Below, piece after piece: positions 1-13,332 of a stretch of 64,000 nucleotides of DNA. The DNA is from Camelus ferus (lineage: Eukaryota), in NCBI RefSeq assembly GCF_009834535.1, contig NC_045697.1:40984001-41048000 (forward strand), read 5' to 3'. The notes under the pieces are model-generated. The model was not told the DNA's origin. It ran no database searches and saw nothing but the letters and a program-made list of their open reading frames with translations. The position numbers and the translations under genes were made by a program. Positions within the stretch are counted from its first letter, which is position 1; each line of letters opens with the position of its first letter.

Positions 1-819
1 CAATAAATACTAAATGAATGAATGAACAAAAAAACTCTAAAAGTGGGGGTGGGGCTTTCATAATAAAAGCTTTCTTGGTCATCATTCTAATTCCAGGAAA
101 TAAAGCTGAGCAAATCTGTTATTTGGTACTTCCTATCTCTCTACCAAATCAATCTGCTTCCAGAAATAAGGAAAAAGGTAAGCTGCTATTCTAGTCTAAA
201 TATTTGCATTAAAATTTGAAGGCCACACCGTAATTTGCACACTTCCTTTTTTTTCCTACTATAAAGGGTGATTTTAAGCACAAAAAAAAAAAAAAAAGAG
301 GTGGGGGGATTGTCTGAGGCAGAATTGGGAAGCCCAATGTAAAATTCAGTATAACCTACTAAGCAATTCTGTAGATTACTTCTCAGTGTATCACTCTCTC
401 ACCCTGCCCCCTCCAAGAGGCTGCAGCAACCAGGTGTGATGGGCATGAGACCCAGCCTAACTGGTCTTCCCACCTCCAGCCTCTGCCAGCTCCATATTTT
501 GCTGCCAAATTAACCTCCCTACAGTACAGCCTGTGATTAACAGAACCAAAATGAAATCACTGTCCTCTGCCTTCCAACGCCTCTGTGCAGCAGTGCACGC
601 ACTCATTCAAGTCCATTGCAACATCAAGGCCAGAAGCCTCAGGGATGTCTCTGACCTCCCAAACCAACTAGCATAAATCCTAGAGCTTCACTGGTCCCGG
701 TTTTCATCTTTCCCTCCCTCTCCTTTCCATTCAACCTGCTTTCACTCCCCCTTCTGGTGCTACCAGGCCCAGGTTAGATCAGCTATGACCAAGAAAAACA
801 GAATGGGGGCTACAAAGAC

Positions 820-1095
820 TAATTTTAAATTTGCCAGTAGCCATATTAAAACGGTAAAAAACAAAAACAAAAACAAAGAAACCAGTGCAATACAATTTAT
901 TTAAACCAGTATATACAAAAAGTGTTTTCACTGTTTAACTTATAATCAATATGAAGTTACTGATGAGATCTTTTACATTTTTCTCCAGACCAAGTCTTTG
1001 AAATCTGTGTGTATTATGCATTTCCAGGACATCTCAATCCAGGCCAGCCACATTTCAAGGGCTCAACAGCCACGTATGGCCAGTGGCTGCTTCAC
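820..1095. mobile_element. hAT-Charlie MITE, MER3/MER33-like
   Basis: Characteristic segments tttaaatttgccagtagccatattaaaa and gccacatttcaagggctcaacagccacgtatggccagtggctg. Confidence 0.7.
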
Positions 1096-2104
1096 TGAAC
1101 TCTAACAGTGCAGGCTTAGGAATGACCCCACTGCATCCACTGCCTCCTTCTTTTTCTCCTTTTGAAAATACTTTAATCCAGCTCTAATAGACCATTCCCT
1201 AAACCCATTTTCTTCCATGTCACTCCTCTGGCTGTCCCTTAAGCATGTCTTTTCTGCTTCTCTCCAAACTTCAATATCCAGCTCAAGTGCTACCTCATCC
1301 ATGAAGCCGTTCCCTTACCCTCCCCTCATAATTCATCTCTATCTCCTTTGTGCTTCCACGTCCTCTTTGCAACTCTAATAACATTGGTGCTTTTGCCCGT
1401 TGTACCCAGCAGACTGTAAACTCCCTAAAGACATAGCATTGCTGTTTATATGATGGCTCTCAAAGAACACAGGGCAGTGCTTTGCATGCAGCAGACTCTT
1501 GATGAACTTCTGATGAAATGAATTCTTTGATTTACCAGCCTCACCTGGGACGAGTGTACTTTTAACATGAATGCACACCCAAGATACGGGTGGTTCCAAG
1601 TAAGCTCAACTATTTATTGCTCAATACCCGTTGGCAACACAAGAACTGAATGTTGGGTGCGTCCCAACCCTGTCGTGGAAATAGTGACACTAACTCACAC
1701 TCTGACCCAGAATTTTAGCAAATGTCAGACATCAGAAGCATCATCTTCACGTTAAGAAGAGGACTGAGGCCAGAATCCCTGGACATTCTACACAGCATCG
1801 TAGGCCATATTCATGAGACTTAGTCACAGATCTAACTATTACAAATAACATGCTCTAACAACATGCTAGAAAATGGAAATTCCAAGATTAGATACCCTCA
1901 TCTGTGTAACAGAGTGCTGAAGTCAGTAACAACCAGGAGAAGTCGGGACCTGGTCCCTACCCTGTAATGTTTCATGTTCATGTACCTAACCTTTGGCTTT
2001 CTCTCTTTGTGAAATGAGGGGAAAGGATACTTTCCGTCCCTGGCAGAGACAGTTGCCCCTAAACCACTTTTGCTGATGCCCACCACAGTGTAGACATTAG
2101 TGCT

Positions 2105-2615
2105 ACTCCTCTGGTCAAAACTCCCAAATGGCTTTCCATCTCACTCCAACAACTTTCTAACAGCCTACAAGGCCCTCTACAGCCTAGCCTCCTGCTAGCT
2201 CTCTCAGACCTCATCCAACCACTCTCCCTCCCACCACTGCTCCAACCTCACTGACTGCCTACTGCCTCCAGGGTCTTTACACATGCTCCCTCTGCCTGAA
2301 AAATTTCCCCCACCCCAGCTCTAGTCATGTGTCTGGCTCCTACTCCTTCTGGTCTCTGCTCAAATATTTACCTTATCAGTGAGGACTTTCCCGATAACTT
2401 GAGATAAAATAGCACACCTTTCCCTCATGCACCTGACACTGTTTACCCCCACCAGTCCTGCTTTATAACGCTGACGTGTTACATTTGCTCTTTGTCTGCA
2501 GTGGACATGCGCTCCAGGAAAGCAGGATCATGATGGTTTTATTTGCTGCTATATCCTCACTGCATAGACCAATGCCTGGAATGCAACGAGATCACAAATA
2601 CTTATTGGCTGAGTA
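2105..2615. mobile_element. L2 LINE 3' fragment
   Basis: L2-type motifs: ctcctctggtcaaaactcccaaatggcttt, gcctggaatgcaacgagatcacaaatacttattggctgagt. Confidence 0.65.
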
Positions 2616-3743
2616 AGGGAATGTGCAATATTTTAATTTTCTTAAGGAAATGGCAGAATAAGGGATCATTTCTTCGCTTTTTCAAATAATATTTCAGAAA
2701 ACATTTTCATTTTAATATCTTAAACCTAACTATAAAATTAATACATATGCATCATGGAAAAAATTTACTCTAAAGTGTATAAATTTTTTTTAGTCATTCC
2801 ACTAAGCAACCTGAATAATTCTATTCCCAAGAAAATTAATGTTGCAAGGGTTAGGACGTGTCCTTTCAGACCCATTTTAAGACATGTTTGTCTAGATAGA
2901 GCTCTATATACCTAGCCATAAAAATAGATCATGCCTTTGATTCTATTCCATAATTTGTATATTATACCATGCTATGTTGACACACATAGAATTATCTTAT
3001 TCCTTTTAATAGCTATTTAGTGTTCTATTTTGTTGGTAGACTCTAACGCCCTGTTGATGGACAGATTCTAGCGTCTTTCATTTGAAAAGGACCCCCCCAA
3101 ACAAACGAATGAACAAAATCTCAGGTCAAATAATTCACTGTGTGGCCAAGACATTAGGACCTCACCTACACATCCCGAATTAGAGCAGGAACCAATGCAC
3201 ATTCATGAAGCAACAGGGAGGCACTCGGTGCAGAGGGCACCCTGTGAGACCTGGGACCAATGAATGCAATCCTCCGCTCCCTACAAATGGCCCCTTCTCT
3301 CTCTTTTGTTCTTCACAATCCAGCAAGCATTTATAAAACTACAGATGCTTCTGGGGCCCGCTGTGCCAGCTCTCTGGCTTTCCTGTTCTCCTGCTCCTAT
3401 TTTCCCCCTTCTGAAAGACGGATTATCTCACCCCAGACTCACCCCAACACAGACTTACACCTATCCATTCTCCTTCACCCATGTGCTATGCAAAAGATAT
3501 CCATAAGGGTCCCCCTGAGACCCTCCAGGGCAGACTTTATTTCCTGAGCTGCCTTCGTGATTTATACAGCAGTTTCGCCCCCTCTTCTGTCCCCAGCAGT
3601 GATCCCAGAACAGGATGTTGCTCATAAATCTTTTCCCTCGGCTTACCTACCACCCACTGACTAGCTTATTTTTACAAGAGTTGCCATTTCCCATAGTCCC
3701 CTAGTGTAAGCCCCCTGTGTAAGGTCACAAAAGTGTGGTTCCT

Positions 3744-4082
3744 AAGACAAACCTTCTATGTTATCGCTTATATGTGGAACCTAAAAAGCAAAACAAATGA
3801 ATGTATATAACAAAACAGAAACAGAGTCACAGATGTATTTAACAAACTAGTGGTCACCACTAGAGAGGGAAGGGGGCGGGGCAAGATAGGGATAGGGGAT
3901 TTAGACATACAAACTACTATGTATAAAATAGATAAGCAACAAAGATACACTGTACAGCATAGGGAAATATAGCCACTGTTTTGTAGTAACTTTAAATGGA
4001 GTATGGTCTATAAAAATATTGAATTACTATGTTATACAACTGAAACTAACATTATAAATCAATCATATTTCAATTTAAAAAA
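3744..4082 (+). mobile_element. 5'-truncated L1 (3'UTR + polyA)
   Basis: L1 3'UTR motifs with an A tail; perfect 15-bp TSD aaaagtgtggttcct at 3729-3743 and 4083-4097. Confidence 0.88.
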
Positions 4083-4412
4083 AAAAGTGTGGTTCCTGAG
4101 GTCTTTGTCCATCACAAGAACCAGACAGTCAAAATGTCATCCTTCTGCCATTGCAAGTGCAGAAAATTCTACAAGGGGCTAGGAAGGAATGTTGATATAT
4201 TTAAAAGTACATCCTAAACCCAGAGACAAAACTCAGGCAAAATCGCTAAGAGGGCATTACCGTTTGGTTATAGAAGCCAATTCTCATTCCATCTTTAAAT
4301 TATTTAACTAATTAATTTACTGAGTGTCTTCCAAGTCTAGGTACAATGCCAGCCCTTGGAGACACCAAGATGACAGCTCTTAAACAACTGTCTGATGACA
4401 GAATCTTGCAAG

Positions 4413-4624
4413 GAAGGGAGGAGGGTATAGCTCAGTGGTAGAGTATCTGCGTAGCATGTACAAGGTCCTGGGTTCAATCCCCAGTACCTCCATTAAAAAA
4501 AAAAAAACACTTAATTAATAAAAATCTAATTTCCTCTCCCCCCAAAAAATAAAATAATAAATAATTAAAAATTAAAAAGTGTATCAATAAATGAAATCTT
4601 CCTACTCTATTACAGTAAAAAAAA
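4413..4624 (+). mobile_element. tRNA-Ala-derived SINE (Vic-1-like) with an extended 3' segment
   Basis: A box tagctcagtgg, B box ggttcaatcc, family tail ctaatttcctctcccc; TSD agaat(c/t)ttgcaag at 4400-4412 and 4625-4637. Confidence 0.88.
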
Positions 4625-4814
4625 AGAATTTTGCAAGAAAGATAAACATAAAAGTAACTTAAGGAATAAATGCTGTAATAAAGGACGGCACCTTTGAGAG
4701 GCAGGGGTCCACTGCTGCCTGAGAGTGAGTGGGGAAACTGCACAGAAGAGGTGACTGAACAAGTAGTCGAACAGCACTGGCTGCTCTGAACCACTCCTTC
4801 CTACCTTCTCTTCT

Positions 4815-6540
4815 CCTGGTCCCCAAGATAGCACTCTCCTGTTTCTCCTCCCACTTCTTTGGCAGTGCCTTTTCAGTCTCCTTGAGCCTTCTTGCTACTT
4901 AGTTGTCACTTAGTTTCCTGTTCTTAGACATCTTCATCCTCTTTCTCTCCTTAGGAATCTCATGTACAATTGTGATTCAGTTTCTTCTGAATAAACGTGT
5001 CACTTGAGCCCAAACCTTCCCCCAATGAGCTCCGTTCTTACATAACCAGTTGTCCACTTGACAGCTCCTCTTACAAGCATTTTCATGGGCATCTCAAATT
5101 AAACATTCCTCTGAAGGACGTGTACCATCTTCAGTCTTCCTCCTCTTGAAAAACAGCATCTCCCAGTGACATAGCATCTCCCCACAACAAAGGTAAGTAG
5201 GTAGAAGTTCTTTTTTTTTTTTTTTTTTTTGGTGGGGGGAGGTAATTAGATTTATTTATTATTCTTAGAGGAGGTACCAGGGATTGAACCTGGGACCTCA
5301 TGCTTGCTAAGCATGTGCTCTACCACTTGAGCTATTCCTCCCCCTTAGGAATTCTTGATCTTTCTTTTATACATCCTTTGCAACCAACCAACCTACCTAC
5401 AAACATCCCCCCATTTTTCGCCATTTCTCCCCAGTTATCCAGAATCCATGGGGGTCTCCCAAGCTCTCCCATGGACTATTAATAGGCCTCTAACTGGTTT
5501 CTGAGCTTCCACATTTGTCCCACTGTAATCCACTCCCTACTTGACAAGCGACCTTTTAAAATCACATCAAACATTAACCTACTTAAATTTCTTTGATGGC
5601 TTCCCATCCCCCTAAATATAAAGTCAAATTTCTTACTATGCCCTCAGATCATTTCCTGGTCTGGTGCTCTATGTTCCAGCTCTACTGAAGTTCACTCAGT
5701 TCCTCAAAGGGGCCCTATCGTTTTTTTCCACCCAATCTTTAGAAGTATGTTTCCTTTTATCTAGACTACATTTCTCTTCTCCTCATTCCACTACTCAACT
5801 TTTTCAGTTAATTCCTCAATATACATTAATTTTCTGCCCAGCTACCTCTTCCTCCAAGAAGCCTTCCCTGACTATTCCCTAACTCTATGTTTAGGTGTCC
5901 TTCCTGTATGTTCCTGTAAAGCTCTGCTAGCGCTTACATATGAAGGAATGAATGAATCAAGCAGAGATGGGAGGAAGGCATAGCATGTGCCAAGGCATGG
6001 TATTTGAAACACAAAGGCCTGTATATGGAATTGTGAGAACTCCTGCAGGCACCAGGGCAGGTGGAAGGACAGGAGTGATGGGAGATGAGATGAAGACAAG
6101 GCTGAGGCCCAGGGAATGGAGGGTTTGAGAGCCACATGAAGGGACTCAATCTCTAAACTGTGAGTGACAGGGAGCCCTGGAAGTTTTTTAAGTAGAGGAG
6201 CAAATGAACACAGGGGAAACCTCGAAGGAACAATTAAGTTAGGCTGAGAGATGATGACAAACAGTTAAGGGCATGTAAGAATATGTGGAGGGCAGTGATG
6301 GCATTCTGGAAGCAGTTCTGGCTTAGCAATCCAGATGTGGGAGTCATCTCTGAAGCTGTGATGAGAGACTGTTTGCAGAAAATCTGCAGTGTAAGAAAGG
6401 AAGGCAGTAGGGGATAGAGGTCTGAGAAATGACAACTTTTATCAGGTAGGAAAAAAGGAAGTCGAACATGAAAGTGAAAGGGGCCAATTAGAACAAACAA
6501 TAAGGAGCTTAAAAGCCAGGATAGGTGTCCCAGGGCAGGG
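4815..6540. mobile_element. Degenerate L2 fragments (both orientations), interrupted by a SINE
   Basis: Pyrimidine-rich L2-like motifs (gcctctaactggtttct, aagccttccctgact), then a purine-rich opposite-orientation L2 segment from ~5940. Confidence 0.5.
5211..5345 (-). mobile_element. Vic-1-like SINE
   Basis: polyT, gggggaggtaattag, gggattgaacc, taccacttgagcta. Confidence 0.88.
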
Positions 6541-7940
6541 TCAGGGAGGAGGAAGGCATGCCCACATCGTGTGTCCAACCCACTACGCAGCGCTCTGCAC
6601 ACAATGGGTGTGGAGCATCTGCTGCCGTGTAAGCTGATACACCGGAGATCTCTGCTCAGGCTTCCGCTATTCCAGAGAAGCCGCGTGGATTTCCCAGATT
6701 ATCAAGACTCTCTCTCACTAGAGAAATCGTCCCCTTGGGGAGTTGGGGAGGATAAAGAGCACACCCACCAAAACGTAGCTTTTTGACTACATTTCAAAAA
6801 ACCACACCTGCTCCCTGATTCAAAGGATGACAGAGGTGAATCTCTTTGAACAGAAACAATAAATTTGTCTTCATACAAAATACTACTTGCTACTTTTTCA
6901 AATTGGGAGTTTTAATGTATCCTCTAACTTCATAAGGGAGAAAAATCTTGCTGTTGTGGGAAAAGGTCATCTGAGTGGGTGCAAGTTGGGGAGGGGTGCA
7001 AAGAATCGGACAATGTCAGACACACTGATGGGGAAGAACTGTGTGTGCCAAGTCTCCACAGGCTGAAATCAGCACATCTTAGAGGGTCAAATCAGCAGAC
7101 TGGCTGAACCAAGTAGTTCTTACGGATTCCCAAATGAGCACTGGCCTCACAATGATGCCAAATATCAGTATTTCCTTTCTGTGAGCCATCATGGAACACC
7201 TATCTTCAAAATGCAGGCAATATTCCTGTCTCCTGGCCATACTCCTCTCCTGGACATAGGCTTAGAATGCCAAAGGAGAAGAGAAAATGTTCCAACTCTG
7301 GGCTACACCCTTCATCCCTCCCCTCTGGCCCCGGGATTGGTGACAGAACAGGCTTAGCAAAAGTGTGTGTGGAGCTTAAACACTACGTGAGCTGCAAGCC
7401 CCGCTTAACAGACAACAATGCTGCTGCAAGATGACACAGACAGATGAGCCTGAGGAGTGAAATCCAGGTGACTTTGAAGCAGCACTGGTTGTAAGGCTTG
7501 CTGGGCTTTGAAGCAATTTGTTTTTAAAAGGTCGATGAAGACAAATAGGCAGCAGTAAACTACTGTTTACACAATCCTGAAGACTATACACAGGCCTTAA
7601 AATGTAGTTTTCAACAGTTGGGTCAACAAGCAATTGCCTCAACAGCTACAGGATTGCACAGAAGCACCAAGTTAACCCGACAGTAATAGAGCAAGAACTT
7701 TGGGCCGTTTTTTCCAAGAAAGGGCAAATAAATACCCATTACAACCATCCTCCATCCTCGATCCTCCATGACAGCAACAACTGTAACAGCAGCAAACTCA
7801 ATCACTCATTAATGACTGGTTTTGCAAAGCACAGAGATAATGCTGAAAGATCAAACAGACCTCCAGCGTAAAAGAAATACACAAGTTACACAGATGTGTG
7901 ATGTGACACTGAGACTGAGGGAGATAAGCACCAGAGGTCG

Positions 7941-8650
7941 TGTTAGTCCAGGTCTAGTCAGGAACAGAGAAACCACACAATAATGTGAACAGCGGTGTAA
8001 CACGAAAAATGTTAAACTATGAAGGGGAAAAACTATAAAGACATAAAGAGAGACTCTAAGGGATACCCTCAGCTGAGACAGGGTACCCTAGGAAGGACAG
8101 ACTTCAAAGGGTGGGGGGTCACCCCCCAAAGCGGATATTGAGATGTCACTGGCGAGGGTATGACTGCAGCCCACGGATGGCAGAGAAGTTCACTGGAACT
8201 GGCCCACACTAGCCAAGCAGCAGGAAACAACTCTCCGGATGCAGGCAAACCAAGGCTGATGAGGTACACAGAGAGAGCTGGGAGCCTCTGCTGGAGCAGT
8301 GTGCCAGTGTCTGCACTGAGGGCCCAGGCAAGAGCTGCAAAGTCGCCAAGAGACTGCAAGCTCTGGGGCGCCTGGCTGGGGCAGAGCACCACTGGATGTG
8401 CGCACGTGTACACACACAGACGCAGTGTGCATGCTCGCACTGACAGACTGTACAGCATGAGTAAGAAAGAACAGCAACCACAACCAGAAAAAGAATCTAA
8501 CTGCAGCTGTGTCCCTCCAGCACCCCCTACTGACCAAGTGTAACACCATGCTCACTGTAAAGGAGAAAAGCTGAGAGTCCGTTACATATAGTACAGCAGG
8601 TACTGAAGGGTGAATCTGGAGAAAAGAGACATTAATTCAAATCTGGCACA
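7941..8650. mobile_element. Ancient LTR element, related to the copy at 43197-43740
   Basis: Starts tgttagtccagg and shares the gtccctccag..ccc.ct.ctga..aag..taaca.cat motif with 43620-43660; family not firmly assigned. Confidence 0.5.
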
Positions 8651-8896
8651 GACGTAAAGGAAACGATGGGAGTGCATAAAAAGAGTAATGAATTTCTTGG
8701 ATGATTACAGTTTTAGAAGAGGTGATACTTCAGCTGAATACTAAAGGATGGGTAAGATGTCAACAGGAGGAATAAGAGGAAACTCATTCCAAGTTGAGAA
8801 GTCAGTTTTATTATAATTCTGGGATCTTGAGCAAACCTCTTAACCTCTTCAAGCCTATGTGTCTTATAATCCCTATGAGATAAAAATGCAACAGCT

Positions 8897-9021
8897 GGGG
8901 AAGAGAGTATAGCTCAGTGGTAGAGCACATGCCTAGTATACATGTGGTCCTGGGTTCGATTCCCAGTACCTCTATTAAAATAAATAGATAATGTAATTAT
9001 CTCCCCCCAAAAATGAAGATT
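8897..9021 (+). mobile_element. Vic-1-like SINE
   Basis: A and B boxes present; TSD taaaaatgcaa(c/g)agct at 8881-8896 and 9022-9037. Confidence 0.9.
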
Positions 9022-9849
9022 TAAAAATGCAAGAGCTAACGGTGAATAAACTTGGAAAAAAATTTAAAGCACTAGATGAAAACCACTTGATAATACTTTT
9101 ACATAGCAACTAGAATGCAAGCTCTAGTAGGAGCTCCTGCAAGAATGATCTACCACCCCCAGCCCAGTTCCTTCCCTCCCCAGCCTTACCTCCTAGCAGA
9201 CCCTTGTAGTATCAAGGGTCTCCACAAGTCTTTGCTGAATGGATGAGTGAATCTTGGATTATCGTAACAGAGAAGACCCTCCATTTAAAATCAAACAAAA
9301 AATAAGTAAGTAATAAATAAATAAAATCAAACAAACTGAAGGAAATGCATGATTTCTTATTTACTTAACATAAAAGGGTAAAAAGGATTATTAATTAAAT
9401 AGCTACTTTCTCTACACGTTAGACACACTTATCTTGATGTTCACCCTAAACTATATCTTAATGCAATACTGTAATAAGGAAATACGAAATGAAGGTTTCA
9501 CTGAGAAATGAATTCATAGCATCATCTACCATTTTAAATTACACAAATTCTTAATAATATAAATTCCAAGATGACAAACAAAAACCCGCCTCATAACCAC
9601 CTGAATCCACAGCCAGCAGGAACATTTGATTAAGCAGCTCACACACTGCCAGACCGTGGTCACAGCCCGGGATCTCTGAGCTGGGTCTCAGAGCAGGGGT
9701 AGAGGGTTGGGGGGTTGCTTCCCTGTACTACTCAATGGAGCCCAAACTTTTAAACCTCCTAGGGGCTTTAAAGACATCGTTGAATTCAAATTCTCCAGGC
9801 CCCAAACACTGAAACTGTCAAAGGAAGGTCAACAGAAAGAGAAGAAAAT

Positions 9850-10070
9850 TAGTATTTATTAAATACCGACTCAGTGCAGGCAATGGGTTTTTAAAAATAC
9901 CTTATCTCACGTAGTTCTTATTATTCTTATTTCACAAATGAAGGAAGTGCAGTTTGGAAAGGTTAAATACATTGCCCAGCAGCCCAGCATTACACATCTA
10001 GTTGGGACTAGAATTCAAGCCGAAGTCTCACTATTTCAAAGCAAACGCACTTTCCCTTCAACTCAGGCTG
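9850..10070. mobile_element. MIR
   Basis: MIR core: atttcacaaatgaaggaag...ggttaaatacattgcccag...gaattcaagcc. Confidence 0.6.
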
Positions 10071-10098
10071 CCTAGGATGAAAATTTTTCAGCAGAGTC

Positions 10099-10168
10099 TC
10101 AGCGAGCCTGTAAGAAGCATTCTGCTCACCTGATCAGCGAGCCTGTAAGAAGCATTCTGCTCACCTGA
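10099..10168. repeat. Perfect 35-bp tandem duplication
   Basis: tcagcgagcctgtaagaagcattctgctcacctga occurs twice (10099-10133, 10134-10168). Confidence 0.97.
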
Positions 10169-13132
10169 GTCACTGCCGTGGGTTAACAACACGATGACAG
10201 AAAGGTACAATAACAACGACATTAAGAACTGTTCCAAGTATCCTCCCATCTCACCCTATTTATTGCCTTTGCTCTCCACTCTGTCCTTTACAAGGAACAC
10301 ATATTTTAAAATACATTTTTTTAGACAAGTAAGATTAATATTCCCTGCTCTCATTTATTAAATACTCTGTTCTATTTGAAAATCAACACTTCCATTCTTA
10401 AATTAAGGACGATTTCATATCTCAGTTATCAAGTGCTCACTAGGGGAAAGTAAATTTCTGCCGGATGTTGAGAGATAATCTAAAATGAGAGCGCCTACAA
10501 CTTCTAACCGTTGAGAGCTTGATTTATTAACAGGGCCACCACCTGACATCTGTGCGATGCTCCACGGACTGCAAAGTGCTCTCGAGGAGACAGCACACAG
10601 CACCTCACCGCGAGCATGAAAACAGCTCTCACTTATCTTAGGATGGGCACCACCTCCATCCCTCAATTTTAAAATTAATTCAGCCTTTTCCTGCCAGCAA
10701 CTCCATTAGTCACCCCTTCCATCCTTTCTTATCCCCACCCCACCTTCCACACCCCAGTGTAAGGATATCCACTTTGTTCCTGCAGTAGAAAAAGATGCAT
10801 GTTTCTCTGGCTGCTGGAGCCACGCTGAACCCATCTCCCAGGAACAATCTTTTATCTAGTACTCCTTTCCAACGTCAGAAAAGAAAGTCAACCACGAAGG
10901 ATTTCTGGTCCAAGCCTCAGTTTTTCAAACTGGAGCTCAGAAAGGATTTCCCTGCCGCTGGCTTCCACCAAGTCAATGTGGAATAGACTTGGGGTCTGGT
11001 GACAGAAGGAAGGTAGCTTCTTCTGTATCTGTCACTGATCCTTTTTCCCCTCTTTTTCATCTGTAAAATATAGCCTCTTAAGGAGCTGTGAGTCTGAAAT
11101 GAAATCGCACCTATCAAATACTCATTAGTACAAAATCTGGTCACTGTGCTCATTAAATATTAGCTGCTTTTGGTATCTGAACTCCTAAAAGCCGTTTTAA
11201 CCAGGAGTGTCTCCCACATCTTGCCATTCCAGTATATCTCCAGAAAAGAAGGCCTTGGAGACTCTCTTATCTAGAGTTGAAAACACCTCGGCTTAGAGGA
11301 CAGCTTCTCTCTACCCACCATCCAGGGGTGCACTCCCCTCCTGCTGTGACCTCTGCTCCTTCCTCAAATCTCACAACTTGTTTGGAAGATACACTCGGAA
11401 GGTGATTACCAAACACGTGGGAAGGCAGTAAACACATTAGAATTCTTGGGTGCCCAGCACCTTACTGGTTGCACTCGGGTTACAAAGGGCAGTCTCTGAC
11501 CTCCAGCTGTTTAAAATCTGGTGGAGGCTTGGCCGGATGGCAACAAAGGAGCAAGCGAAAAAACAGCGCACACGAGATAAGCGTGATGGGGAGCTGGGCA
11601 CACCACTGATGGGAGTTTACTGAAGGTGGACCTTCAGCTGCAGGGTTGAGTTTAGAGAGCAGTTTTCAAGTCTTGGTTCCAAAAAACGCTAGATTATTAG
11701 TGCTAATAATAGTGTTTTAACGGTGTTGCTTTCAACATAAACATTGAACATAAAATGTTCAAATACTGTGATTTTGGTTAAGGGTTTTAATCCAAGGCAA
11801 AGCCCTGTACTCCATAAATAAAAGGAGTATTAACTTTAAATGTAAATTTGAAAACAACAGCCTGTGGACTTCTTTACAAAGTTCTAAGAATTTACTTAAA
11901 AATTGACCTCCTTCTGTGTTGCATGGGAGTCAGGGAGTTTTTCTCTTTTTGTTGGGCAGGAAATGGAACAGAGAGGGATCTAAGCCCTCAGTCTCCCTAG
12001 AGGAACAGGGCTCAGAAATTCTGCCCTGTTCTCCCTTCTTGCAACGAAAACGCCGCTGAACCCAGGACACTTCAATTCTCAGTCTAGCAGGAGTACCTGT
12101 GGGGCCACCCCGGGCAGAGCCATTTACCCAGGATTTGAGAGTCAGGGCAACCCGGGTAACAGAGGCTGCCTCCCTGTCACCCTAACAAAGATCTTCTCCA
12201 GGGTGAGCAGTCAAAATTCAAACGAAGGGCAGCCCCGCGCTCTCCACTAGGAAACCCTGTTTTCTTTTAATTAAAAAAAATGTAGAGGTCACCCCTCAGC
12301 TTTGTTTACCAGTAATGAGTCCAGCAGCCCCCATTTATCACCCCTGGAGATTCTTTTACACTTTGATGTGAAAAGAGTCAGGGCTCATTGTGATTTCAAC
12401 TACTCCAACAGCAGCCTTTTCACTTGCAAACGAAGCTTGGGCCCCCAGTAAGAACTGACTGTCAGAAAAAATTCATTGCCTTTCCTTCCGATGATTTATC
12501 AGAGATGGGGAAAGAAGCTGGTTGTAAGACAACTTTCCAGGAAGGGTTCCCAGCACACCCCTACTGCATCGCCGCCTTCACTGGCTCTTTCTGCCCAAGT
12601 GCCCCTTTCCCACTGCTCCGAAAGGCCTAACATTACTTACTGTTTCCGTGCTCCCTCCCTTAGGGCAATGCACCAGGGCAAGGAAGACAGCAGCACCCCA
12701 GCTTGCCCCTAACCGACCCATAATCGTCCCAATAATTAAGTCACAGTCACCCGTTTTCCTCGTCTTTACCAGCCTCTTACGTTAAAGGGGATTGAGTATT
12801 AAGGGAGTTTAAAAGGAAAGAGGATTTAAAGATTGCCTGACACATGTAAGAATTTGAAGTGGGAGTCAAAAAGAGGAAGGGCCCAGCAGGACTAAGATTG
12901 TTTTTCAAGTAAACTTTAAAAATGAGAATACAACATACATTTAAAAAGGGCATGGCTCAGAAGTGCATTTCCACAAAGTGACACACTCCTGCAACCAGCA
13001 CCCAGACCAAATCATGGAGCAGTACCAGCACTCTTGGGCTATTAAACTATTTCTAGCAAAAAGACTTAAGTCAAATTTAACCGAACTTGAGTGCTAACTT
13101 CCATTCTACAGGAAATACCTGGGACAGAACTA

Positions 13133-13332
13133 CAGGGATCCCCAACCTCTGCACTAGTGACATTTGGAGCCAGAAAATTCTTGGCAGTGGGGGCCATCCT
13201 GGGCATTACAGGATGTTTAGCAGCATCCCTGGGCTCCACCCGCCAGATTATGACGAAGAAAAATCTCTCCAGACATTGTCAGATTCTCCCTGCTCTGGGG
13301 AGGGGGGGATTATTCCAGGCTGAGAACCACTG
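13133..13332. mobile_element. MER20 (hAT-Charlie MITE)
   Basis: gacatttggagccag...ggatgtttagcagcatccctgg...ctccagacattg...tgagaaccactg. Confidence 0.85.

Noticed and set aside
8069..8555. Cluster of 90-129 aa overlapping ORFs
   Set aside because: They lie in an ancient LTR-like element, are open on both strands, and show no recognisable domain or splice structure.
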